Assembly: GCF_009914755.1 (NCBI RefSeq)
Contig: NC_060933.1
Strand: one strand, 5' to 3'
Length of the DNA: 64,000 bases
Source: the human T2T-CHM13v2.0 reference genome, Homo sapiens
In this document: piece by piece, positions 30,729 through 48,200 of the stretch
Numbering within the stretch: the first letter of the stretch is position 1
Layout of the letters: every line of letters begins with the position of its first letter
Translations under genes and position numbers: made by a program
Notes under the pieces: generated by a model
Told to the model about the DNA's origin: nothing
Databases searched by the model: none
The model's input: the letters and a program-made list of their open reading frames with translations, nothing else

Positions 30729-30857
30729 CTAGCATTTTCACAGGTCCTCCCTCAGGCTATGGGGCCAGGATTTGGTAGCTGGTGCTGAGAGAAAACGCTT
30801 GATTGCATCCTTGCCCTGGGACTGTGCCAGTGGCAGCTGTCACTCAATGGGACAATT
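30729..30857 (+). ncRNA. SNORA30B: Box H/ACA snoRNA, SNORA30/SNORA37 (ACA30/37) family
   Basis: Two-hairpin layout: 5' stem AGCATT...GGTGCT; 3' upper stem TGCC-CTGG...CCAGTGGCA. H box AGAGAA at 30788-30793 and ACA at 30852-30854, 3 nt from the end. The core GGGGCCAGGATTTGGTAGCTGGTGCTGAGAGAAAA matches the recalled SNORA30 family sequence. Confidence 0.9.
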
Positions 30858-30880
30858 TCTCCTGCTGCTCTAACCTTAGG

Positions 30881-30912
30881 CAAACAAACAAACAAACAAA
30901 CAAACAAACAAA
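30881..30912 (+). repeat. (CAAA)8 microsatellite, probable decayed poly(A) tail of the snoRNA retrocopy
   Basis: Perfect CAAA x8 starting 24 nt after the snoRNA 3' end. Confidence 0.85.
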
Positions 30913-31744
30913 CTTAAGAGCCTAAACCTGGACATAACAGTTCAAGTAACCTAGGATTGCTTTTCTGTTTCATTGTTTACTCTTACATGTCTCTGTTATG
31001 TTGTTGCTTTTACTCAACTTGAGGTTCATGGTAATTTCCAAATTATATTCATTTACATAAGTTTTATTTTTCTCTCCGGAAGATGACAGCAATACTATTT
31101 ACCTGTATTTTGCAACTTCAGGCACTGTGCTAGGTGTTTTATAGATATTATAACCTAAGCAGGAAAGTAGTCATTTCTTAAATTTTACAAACGAGTAAAG
31201 AGAGGCTTAGAAAAATTGCATAATGGCTGATAGCTGGCATGGCTATCCTGAAGTCCTGGCCCTTTAAATTTTATGGTGTTTGTCATTAGTCTAAAAACCT
31301 TGGCCATGGTTGTTAATGAATTTCTTCTTCATGGGAAGAAAAATATTTTTAGAGAGCTAGAGCTATATAAACTTAGATATTATTTAATTTTTAAAATTTG
31401 TAACTTTCTTGAAATAGTAATATATTCAAATGGTTCAGACAGTAGAAAATTGCATATAATGAATGCAGCCTTCTTGCCTTTGATTCCAGCTGTCCAATTT
31501 TCACTCCCCAAAACAGAAGATGATTTAGTGGTTACTAATTTCTTCTGTATTTGTCCACATACTTTTCTTTGCATGTACAAGCAACTACAAATATATTATC
31601 TTTTTCTCCTCACTCTCTTTGAAAAAAAAAATTGGTAGCACTCGAGTCATACTATCTGTATCTTATATTTTCACTTGGGGGAATCTTTTTATATCAATAC
31701 AGTGAGAGCTTCCTCATTTGTTTTTACTGTGACATTTAATTGTC

Positions 31745-32297
31745 AAAGAAATTGCATATCTACTCTTAGGTATATACTCAAGAAAACTGAACACTTATAA
31801 CCTCAGAAAAAATTTATAGGAGTGTTCATAGCATCATTATTCATTATCGCCAAAATGTGGAAACAACCCAAATATCCATCCATTGATAGTGGATAAACAA
31901 TATAGTGTATCCATACAATGGAATATTATTTGGCAATGAAAAGAAATGAATTATTGATAGAAGTAACAACATGGATGAACCTTGAAATCATGCTAAGTGA
32001 AAGAAGCTGGTCACAAAGGACCACATATTATGTGTTTCCTATTATATGAAATGACCAGTATGGAACCAGAGTAGATTAGTTGTTGCCAAGGGCTGGAGGA
32101 GGGTTGGGGGAGTAAGGAGTGACTATCAGTGGGTATGGGATTTTTGTTTGGGTTGATGAAAATGTTCTAAAATTAGATAGTGATGATGGTTGCACAGCTC
32201 TAGGAATGAATTACTAAAATCCAGTAAGTTATAAACTTTAAAAGGGTGCCTTTTATAGTATGCAAATTATATCTTAATAAAGCTGTTATTTAAAAAT
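31745..32297 (+). mobile_element. Old L1M 3' end in sense orientation
   Basis: ggaaacaacccaaatatcc...atggatgaaccttgaaa...aataaagctgtt. Confidence 0.8.
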
Positions 32298-33152
32298 TTG
32301 ATAAAGCTTAACTTTTACTTTCCATCCTTTCAATTGTTATCCTAATTCATATAAGTCAGCCTCTATTAACCAGACAGTTATAATCCAGAGATTTCCAGTC
32401 TGTCACAAAGCACTATACATGATTTGAGTTACTTTATTAGCAAGCAATGTCTAATGATTCTTTAACGTCTGCCACTTCTGAGCTGTTTATTTACAGAGCT
32501 CACCTTGGCTACCCTCTGGCCCCGACTGCACTGCTTTATTTCTGTGAGGAGCCATTTCTCAGATTAATTTAGCATAATATAATCTCTGGGTATTGTTTCA
32601 GCTTAGAGCTGTCAGGCCATTTCCTATTGCAGAAGTTACAATTATTAATGAATTCCCAGGCTCCAGCTGAACCAACTTTGTTCCTATCAACATACTGTCT
32701 GTTACAGAAATGAATTGTCCTCAGTCCAAGTCTGCCATCTGCCCCAGACTGCTTCTGCCTAGGGCCTGGAGCTGGGCAAATACAGTATTTTTTTTTTTTA
32801 ATCTTTCTTCTCATTGGTGAATACTTTTTTAGTGATAATGGCTTTTTCCAAATGCAATTGCCTCTGGATTTTGTATATTGATCCATATATTCTGCCTTAA
32901 TGGGGAATGAATGGTAAATATGAGGAAAAGTTGTGATAAAACTCTTCTGGAGTTCCATCTAACAACTCTTTTCTCTTTGTGTAATCCTATTACCTCAAAT
33001 ATGTGCAGAGAGGATTTTGGCAGTAATTCAATTTGTATTCATTTTGTTGGAAGGAGTGATATCTTACAATGAAATATAAGAATGCCAGAAACATATTTCT
33101 GACAAATATATTTATCTCACTTATTTATGCCTCTCTTGTCTTTATTTTTCAG

Positions 33153-33410
33153 CTCTCCTACAAGCTTGTGTGCCCTGTAACCAGTATGTATGGTACAATA
33201 TTTACAGCCTGGAGGATTCTTGAAGTAATGACAGACTCGTCTGCTGCAAGTGACTGGTTGGCTTCAGTAGAGTCATTGCTTCCTATTACTGCTGTGATCC
33301 CTGCGCCTGCCTTTCTTCTGCTGGCTCACCTCCTTGTTGAAGACAAAGGACAAAATCTTCACCAAATACTCAAGGTCACTACAGAATTAGCCCAAGCAGA
33401 TTCCTCCCAG
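33153..33410 (+). CDS. FOCAD: FOCAD coding exon (258 nt, phase 0/0): LSYKLVCPVTSMYGTIF...ELAQADSSQ
   Basis: Acceptor tttatttttcag|CTC and donor CAG|gtaaag. Lies within ORF 33069..33509. Confidence 0.95.
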
Positions 33411-34275
33411 GTAAAGCAAGAGAATAATGGAACAATAATGAGAGGAAAGCTTAATCATTGGAAATGTAGATTATTCCTGCTTTGTGGATTATTTGCATCA
33501 GAGTTTTAAATTATGGGTTGATGATTTTTTTTTTTTTTGCTATCTTTATCCTTCCATTTTTTTCTTCTTTTTCCTTACTCTGAGTTGATGTATACTTAAT
33601 GATGCAAACAGTTTTTAAATGAAAGCACACTTCACAACGAAATCTGCACATGGTGCTATTCTGGTTCTTCCAATTTTTTGGTGGATTTGCTATTTTGTAA
33701 TGCTTTTGCTAACTCTTGGAACCTATTCCAAGATACATATCCATTAGTTCTAATGTTGATCATTTAAAGTGGACACAGATTAATCAATTCAGGATAAGGG
33801 AGCCTATACAATAGACATTAATATCTTTTTAACTTCTTGCAGTTTGATACTATCTTTATTGAGTCATTTAATAGCTAAAAAATATTGACTCTTTGCTATA
33901 TATGGTACGGATCTGCATGCTAGGATATGAGGGTAAACAATTTTTCTTCCTAACTGCACAGAACTTAGGATGTAATGAGAAAGCAGTCAGGCATTAATAA
34001 GACTTCTTTCCCCAGCCTTTTACACTAACCACATATTTAGCATAATAACCTGTGACTTTTTTTTTCTCCAATTGATAGAATCTCTAGAATGCATTTCCTA
34101 TAAAGGAAAGGTTTTCTAATCAAGTAGTTTTGACATTTTTGTTATCCTCTCTTTATTAGTATCTGTGCTTGTGTTTCTTTTCAAGAATGATGAAGAAACC
34201 TTCCATCTCCCAATGGAAAAGTGATGTGTTCCTAGAGGAAAAAATTTGATGGTAGAAAACGGGCAAATGTGTTTA

Positions 34276-34592
<317 letters not shown>

Positions 34593-35005
34593 AGATATGA
34601 AGTTAATGTATTTGGAATTCCTTTTTAACCTCAAATTGTCATACTCATTCCTTTTTGTCATGTAAACAACTGCTGATATCTCACAAAGAGTTTTCACTCT
34701 GACTGGACCTCATCTGTTCTGATTCTGCAAGTGGATCTGTAATGTACTCAAAATACTTTTGTTTCATGGTGTATGCGTAATGTGAATCAGTTTAACTTGC
34801 TTTCTGCTTTATCTCTCCTTTTATTTCCTGTAGTGATCCTGCTTCTAACCAATGTTTTCTTTCAGTGTTGACACTTGGTAGGATAATCTCTAGAATAGTT
34901 AATGCAGATAATGCCTGGAGATTATCTAAAGAAGGATTCCCTTGAAGTTATACAGTGGGTTACCTTGATCTGTCTACACCACTGACAGAAAACATATATT
35001 GCATC

Positions 35006-35037
35006 TATATATATATGCATGCACACACACACACACA

Positions 35038-35069
<32 letters not shown>
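35006..35069. repeat. Compound (TA)n/(CA)n microsatellite
   Basis: tatatatatat-gcatg-(CA)8-CT-(CA)15. Confidence 0.92.
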
Positions 35070-35071
<2 letters not shown>

Positions 35072-35137
35072 AAATTTGATCCAGCATGATGCTTTAGATT
35101 GTAAGTAACAGAAACCCATCTTAAGCTGCCACAAAGT

Positions 35138-35330
35138 TTTTTCCCCTTTATTTTTAGTTCCCAATTAATAATTGTACATACTTATGGGATACAGAGTGAT
35201 ATTTTGATACAGGTATAAAATGTGCAATGATCAAATCAGGGTAATTAATAGTATATCCATCACCTCAAACATTTATCATTTTTGTGTGTGCATGTTGGGA
35301 ACATTCAAAATCCTTTCTTCTAGTTTTTAT
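35138..35330 (-). mobile_element. L1MA-type 3' end fragment
   Basis: taattgtacatacttatgggatacagagtgatattttgatac...ccatcacctcaaacatttatc. Confidence 0.75.
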
Positions 35331-38099
35331 TACCTCTAGTATTTAGAACATTCATGGTCTGGGCAGTATTTTCAAGGTACAGTTTCTTTCCTCTGTGAAT
35401 TAGCTGGAAGCCCAAAGCCTTATAACCTTATATTCAAAATTCAAAAGGAAGAGAGAAGTAAAGAATGCTCAGATTGGCCTTGCTTAGGTCATGTGTTTAC
35501 ATTGGACTAACCATCATGATGGGATAATGGGGCACTTTACTTGGCCATCCTGGGTAGAATAGAAGTAGGTGAAGTATCAGGTCTAAAATTGTTTCTGCCA
35601 CCAGGTTCATGTGGAATGGGGTGAGATGGTCCCCCAAAGGAAGGATAGATAGTGTACTCATCATAGAAGTGGAAATGTGCAAAATAGGCAAAAAATGTAA
35701 AGCAGAACTTCTCAGTTTGTCTTTTGGGGGACACTGAAATGCTGTATATGTGGTAGGTGTGCCGAGATATTATCCTGTCTCAGCATTCTGGCAGCCAGTT
35801 AGTTGTCTTAGCTCAGGCTGCCTGAAGTCTCTGTCTGGTAGCCTCTGGCCACCTGGTATGTAGTAGCCTTATAGGATGCTTAACAGTATCTTATAAATAT
35901 TTGTAGAGGGAATACCTAACAAAAGATTTTATTGTTTTGGAAATCAAGGCTACTTGTTTGTGGTTTTAAGACCTGAGAAAATGTGTTTTCCTCCTATGTT
36001 TCTATCCATAAGGTTTAAGGGTTTATGGTAAGATTAAATACTTAGGTATCTGAACTGAACATCAACCACAAAGATGAGTAATTTTGAGATAGGTTGAGTT
36101 GGTCTAAAATAAAAGTGTAAATAGTTTAATATCTCACCTTCAATGGAATAACTCTAAATACTATGTGTAAGGTGTATCAATTTCTTTTTGACTGATTTAT
36201 AAAATAGAATATGCCAAAGAGCAAAAACTCATAAATTTGATTTTAGAGAACCACAAGTTCCTTCCTCAAAACGTATCCCCATTGATGAGTTTGACAAATT
36301 GAGTTTTGCAAAACTCAGTGCCTCTTTCAAATTCTTGTTACTTGCTTTTCTCTTGTTTGGAAGTGGCAGTAGAGTCATGCTTATTTGTTTTGCTTTTCTT
36401 TTACTTGCATCTTACAACACTGAGGTATTTTATTTTCTTTTTACATTTTGGTTGTTAAGTCTAGTTAAAGGTCTTGCTTAATAGGAACAGTTGCAATCTT
36501 CGATTATTTTATTCTTTGTGATGTTTTCAGAGCTTCAATTTTTTTCCATGTGTAAAAGTGTACACATTTGATCCATTTGAAATCACTTATGTGACTAGGT
36601 TCATGGGCCATGACTTGCTGGTCTTTAAAAAGTCATATATTATCAAATGTAAAAGTTGAGTTATAGGGCAGAACCCTGTGATAGTTCTACCCAGGGTCAA
36701 AAGCCATATTTTAACATGGAAAATGAATAGGAAATGTGTGAAATTTAATGGTCTGTAAGTTACTGCTGTGAGAAAAAGAGAAAATATATTCTATAAAAGA
36801 ACTTGCACAAAGAGTCTTTGGACACTTTGTACTCTGTTCTGTTGTTACCGAATTCTATGAATTGCTACCCCCTGAAGTCAGTCGGCTACCTGTATTCTTC
36901 ACACCAGCAAAAAGAAGCCAGAATGTACAGTACTTTTAATAAATAGCTTGATAGATAAGAAGTAGTGTACTACTATTCCCTGGTAACCATAGCATCGATT
37001 ATGCCTGGAGAAAAATTGGGATGAGCCTGCCAGCATGAAGCAATTAGGCAAAGAGAAGCACAACTGAAATATAAGATCAAGTTGCATGTACCCTCTCCCG
37101 TGGCAATATGTTTATTTCTCCTTTGTAAACCTTACATATATATCTGTAGGATAAAAAGCTTTCAGCTGGCATTTGATCCCTTTTGTGTTTTCCCGGTTGT
37201 GTGCAAAAAGCCTAGAGTTTATACACAGGGAAGTAGTTCTGTGTTAATTTCTTGGCATTCCTGGGCGTTAGTGTTGGGCTGTTACTTCTGATTGGTCTAC
37301 AGATTAGAAATTACTGATGGTTCTCATTGAAGGAATTGTAACTTTTCAGTTCAACCCCTACCACTGTGATGCTTACTAATGTACTGAAACAAAATCCGTT
37401 TGTCTGGGTGTGTCATTGAACAGCAAGCTTCAGAAAGGATGGAGTGGAGTTTGAGGAGAAGGAGTCCAAAACTGCATTCAGAACAGTGGAGTCTATCTGC
37501 TTCCAACTGATATCAGGGACCAGTAGGTTTGCTTCTGGTTAGAACTCTCTAAGTGATGGGCTTCTAGTGTTGTTGAAGGGCTGTGAGAGGGGAATCAGAG
37601 CAGGCTTTGTGGTAACTTTGAATTTCATAATAGGTAGGAGGAATTTTGCTCAAGGGAAAATACGTTGAAGTCTACCATTGCCAGAACAAAATTTTTCTTA
37701 TTTAGTGGAGAGGGAAGGGCGAAGTGGGGATCGGTCCTCTCCATACTTGTACCGTGGCCAGACAACCTGAAGTGGAGCAGTAAGTTGACATGTCTCATCA
37801 TTCTTCAGCCCTTCCACAGTCAGCCCTTCAAATCAAAGGCCAGTCTTATTTGAGGAAACATTTATTTATGTCTCTTGAATTAAACCATGCCAGCTCCCTG
37901 CAACCAACTTGGCCTTGATTTATAAATATAAATGAACAGTTAAGGCTCACCAGACTTAAGAGAAAATTTAACAATGTAACTAACCAGAGCATCTGTCTCT
38001 AGAAGTAACAGAACTTAGAGAGCAGGAGGTAATGTCCTAAGAGATGTTGGAAAGACACTGTATATATGTTTTGTATTGTGTATAAAAATCCTACCAAGA

Positions 38100-39291
38100 G
38101 AAAGAAGAAATTTGAAAGCAAGAGATTTGAGAAATTAAAAATGTGATTGCCATAGTGTATATATGGAGATTAGATTAGTGATTTGTAAAATATTCATCTA
38201 AATATTTCATAATATAGAGCAAAAAGATGAAATTGAAAAAGTGAAGACATTGAGGGTCACCTTGGTGTTCTAACAACTTTCTAATAGGAATTCCAGGGTG
38301 AAAGAAACAGAGAAAATGAAGGATGGAAACTTAAAACACACCAGAAAACTCTTTCCCTGAGCTGAAAGAGAACACAAGGCTACAGATTGTTAGGACCCTC
38401 TGAAAGCTAAGCAGCACAAATGATAATTTATCAATACCATAATATGTTTCCAGAACCTCAAGGATGAAGGGAAAATTGTAAGGGATTTCAGAGAAGAACA
38501 GGAAAAGAAAAAATTACTTAAAATTATATTGACCTTAGATTTCTCATTAATAGCACACTGGGTATTGGAATACCATTGGTGGATTATCTTCCAGTTTCTT
38601 GAAAAAAACTAATTTTGAACCTGGCATATTTCTTCCCATTATTCTGTCTTTTGTGAGTAATGGCAATAAAGCCCTTTTTAGATTTGTGAGAATTTGATAA
38701 TGTTTCAATATTTCAATAATTTTTTTCTTACTCTCAAGAATATATTCATACAAAATTGAAAACGAATCTAAGCAAACAGAGAAGAAATATTGAATGATAT
38801 CAAAATATCCAGAAAATTTTATTAGTAATGTTAAATAATTGTTTATGTAAAATATAAAATAGGATAACTCCCTGGACCTAAAATCCTAGCTAATTAAAAC
38901 ATGGAAAGTGGGTGGGGGTGAATAGTTGTAATATGATAGTGTGAAGAGTGAGAACATGATAGAGTGTTTTTTGGCAACTGAGTAGTTCTAGATGTTGATA
39001 GGAAAATAAGCTTAAATCTTACCTTATTAGTAACAATCAGTCTTCTAAAATTTCCAAATAATATAACAAAAGGAAAATAAATGTTTAAAAATGACAAATA
39101 TTGCATAAAATAAGATTTTAGGAGCTAGTTCAGGTATTTCTGTTACCACAATTACTGTGAATGAATTACATTCCCTTATCACAGAAAGGCTCGTATTGAG
39201 TTTAAAAAATTCACTTGTGTACTGTTTTCAAGAGACAGACCTGAAATTGAAAATTAAATGATGAAAACAAAAAGCTAGATAAATAATTAAG
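38100..39291 (+). mobile_element. Highly diverged L1M ORF1/ORF2-5' remnant, continuing at ~45006-45180 after the nested AluY and L1PA
   Basis: A-rich sense strand with ctaataggaattcca, tttcaagagacagacct and gggataaagaggg...ataatgat (L1 endonuclease-region echoes). Confidence 0.5.
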
Positions 39292-39309
39292 AAGACACAG
39301 CATGTTTTG

Positions 39310-44989
<5,680 letters not shown>

Positions 44990-45194
44990 GACACAGCATG
45001 TTTTAATATATTCATCTAAGCTAGATAATATAGAATACAAAGTGAAAAGCGTTACATGGGATAAAGAGGGGGTTTTATAATGATTAAGTCAAATTTACAA
45101 GCAATGCCGTTGAAATTAGGAATGACAGAATTCTGTCTGATATCAGTTTTGGCCATTATCAGTTCAAGAAAGAAATAAAATTATGTGTGTAATT

Positions 45195-45286
45195 AGGGCT
45201 GGTCTCGAAACCATGATCTCAAGTGATCCACCTGCCTTGGCCTCCCAAAGTGCTGGGATTGCAGGCGTGAGCCACTGCGCCCACCC
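45195..45286 (-). mobile_element. Alu left-arm fragment
   Basis: ggctggtctcgaaacc...cccaaagtgctgggattgcaggcgtgagccactgcgccc. Confidence 0.85.
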
Positions 45287-48200
45287 TGGAATATACATTT
45301 TAATTGTAATTTAGGATACAAATACAGTTATTGAGGCACTCATAATGCATAGGGAAGAGAGGCTATACCTTGTAAAAAGTCATAATAGGGGCCATTTTTT
45401 ATTTTATACTTGACATCTATATGATCTTCCTTGAGTATCATTTTTGAGCAAAGAATGGAGTAAAATACATATCTGGATGTGCTGTATTAGTTCTTTACTT
45501 TGTGAACCATAGTTTCAGTAGCAGTACTTTTCTATTGTATTTCAGATTTAATTTTCTTGTTGGGGTGTCAAAGAAAGGCAGTCACACACAGTCACAATTA
45601 TGCTGCTACGTGATAGCTGTAATTGAAATGATGGGTTATGATTTGGTGGATTTGGTGGGAAAAGTCAACCCCAGAATGCCTCAAGTTGGACACCTGTGTT
45701 AACTCCTTTACCAGAAGTGTCGAGTGCAGTCCCTTTGTCTGTTGAGCACACAGTGCTTCTACCTGACCAATGACAATTTTGAGCTTTTCACGATAGATGT
45801 TATAATAGACTCTTAGGCAAGTTTTCAGGACAGTTAATGTAATGAAGTTGGGCACTCAGCCGTTAATGTATTTCAAATGGGTAGACATGGCTACAAACTA
45901 AGTGGAGCCAGGCAGGTAGTTAAGAAGTGATTTGGGATGATTTCTACCTGGCAGGCTTATGGTATATTGATTGGACTTTTGGAAGCTGTGTCCTGTCATT
46001 CTTGCTTGTTACCATTTTTTTGTGAGAATGGATTACTTCTACATTGAAAACAATTTGTGTGTTTTTCCTTTTGTCTCTAAAGAAAACAAGCATGTAAATA
46101 TATATATATATGACTTGAATTTTATTATATTGGAGAATCAAATAGCAGTAAAGCTAAATAAGAGAAGTAAGGACAAAGTGTCTTTACACTTCCTTTTGAA
46201 GTGTCCTATAGTTATCTTGAATGTAAGCTGTCTTCAAAGGGAATTTTTAGTAGATACGATTAGATTTAGAATTCATGAAAGGAATTTCTCAAGGGAAACC
46301 ATGTCTTACTTGTTTTTACCTCCTAGTAACCTTGGACAGTTCTTGGGCTTTGGTATGTGTGTTGTTGACTCAATTAACACATAAATATATTAGGTGTATC
46401 TACCTTATGTCCTAGAACAAATAGACTATTTTCCAATATTGTCATATGTTATTCAGACTAATAGATGAAACACTGTAGAGTCCAGGGACAGGGTTTAGGT
46501 TAGGTTAGATTGCAGTAAAATTTCATTAAATGAAATCCTATTAATTTAGAGCTCAGGTTAATTTGATATAGGCGGAATTAAAACATAAGCAGGTGTTGAA
46601 GCTACTGTTTTTAGGCAGTTTGAATTTGCTCATTTGCTTTAGCACAATGAATGTGGTGATTTCAAATGGTCGAATTATCTGTTCATTAACATATCAGCAG
46701 GGACTGGTACTTGGTAACACTTGGCTAATTAGTTTGTTACAGTATATATGTGAAAGTAATAGAATTTTATTTCTTTAACATTTTTCTCTAATTCCGTATT
46801 GCCTCCTTTCATTATTTCCAGTAGTGTGAATTATTATTAATAATAATTATCCTGGTGACATTTTACTTTATATGTATTTAGTGTCAGATTGTGTTAAATT
46901 TTTAATGTTAGAGGTGCAGCTTGATCTGCATTAAGTGGACTTATCATGGAATTATCATTCAGCTTGAAATACTATAGATGCCTTGTTTTTAGGAAATGAG
47001 AGGATAGGTGAAAAGAAGAGGGAGGATTGCTGGGGAAAGTTGCTAGAGGGTTATGAGTGCCACCAGTGGCAGCTCCTTATCTCAAGCCTAGTGACTGGGA
47101 CTTCAGCCTACCTTCTACCTGCCCCATGTCTCTCTCTCCCCAGTCCAGCTTAATGTGTATCCCCCTTGTAGTTGGGGTGGACAAATGGATACAGTGAATT
47201 GGTGACTCCCTGAAAAATTGAAAAGGGAGTAATGGTCTGCTTAGTTGTTTTGATAGTGGAAGTGAAGGAGAGAGTACTGCAGTATAGGGATTGGCTTATA
47301 TGGCTAGAATTTGTTGAAGTAAAAGATGTGTTAGTGTTCCCTTTGACAGAACATAGGGAACATGGGCAAGAGAACTCTAGGGGAATTGTTTCAAATCTCT
47401 TATGATAGGGCTGCTTAGAGGAGTGTACAGGACTCTATTGAAAGAAGCAGGATTCCTAAGGGTTGTGGTCTGTTCTGTTAGAGAGTATCTCACCTGCATC
47501 AAGAGTCTAAAGAGAACTTAATCTTGCAGACTTGGGCTCCTTGCTATGGAGCAGTAGGTTAATCCCCTTGGGACCTGTTCGAGGTGAAGACACCCTAACT
47601 CAGTGTTGAAGGAGTGCTGACATTGCTCCCTATGGTGAGCAGATTCAGAGATGGAAGTGGTGTGGAGAAGTCAAGCCTAGCAGCATCAATTAAAGGTTGT
47701 AAGGTTAAGGGGACCCCTGAGAATTCTGTCAGTTAACTTTGTGGCCCTTTGCCACAGAGATTCTGAATTTAACCTTCCTAATCTCCTCAGTGTGGGAGTA
47801 AGACATGTGGAGATAATCTCAAGTTTAGGCTTCAGTGGGCATTGATTGATAATGCCGAACCATTTTCTGTAGTAGAGATTGCCAGAAGGTGGGTTCGATT
47901 CACACCTTTTCCTTTGGTTTCCACTTTAAATTTTTTTTGTGTGTTCCTGAGGTTTACAAGTAGAAGTCTCAAAATTCACTTTAGCTTAAGCTTTCCTTGG
48001 TGACATCATATTGTCTTTACCATTAATGATAAATTGATGAAATATCATGAAGCAAAAAAGTATTTGCTATAATCAAGTATGCCCATTCTGTTCCTTTTCA
48101 TGTTTTTCCCCTTTGAGACAACAGTGGAATTTCACTAGCTTGATAGAGAATTTTTGGTGCCTGTTTTAAAGCACTCAGTGAACATTTGATGAGTTCCTAG

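Noticed and set aside
33069-33509. 146-aa single-exon ORF
   Set aside because: It is a FOCAD exon with in-frame intronic read-through on both sides, like 8651-8920, 13768-14094 and 25532-25798.
46488-46510. gggtttaggttaggttag telomere-like repeat
   Set aside because: Only about three TTAGG units and not TTAGGG; too short to call an interstitial telomeric sequence.
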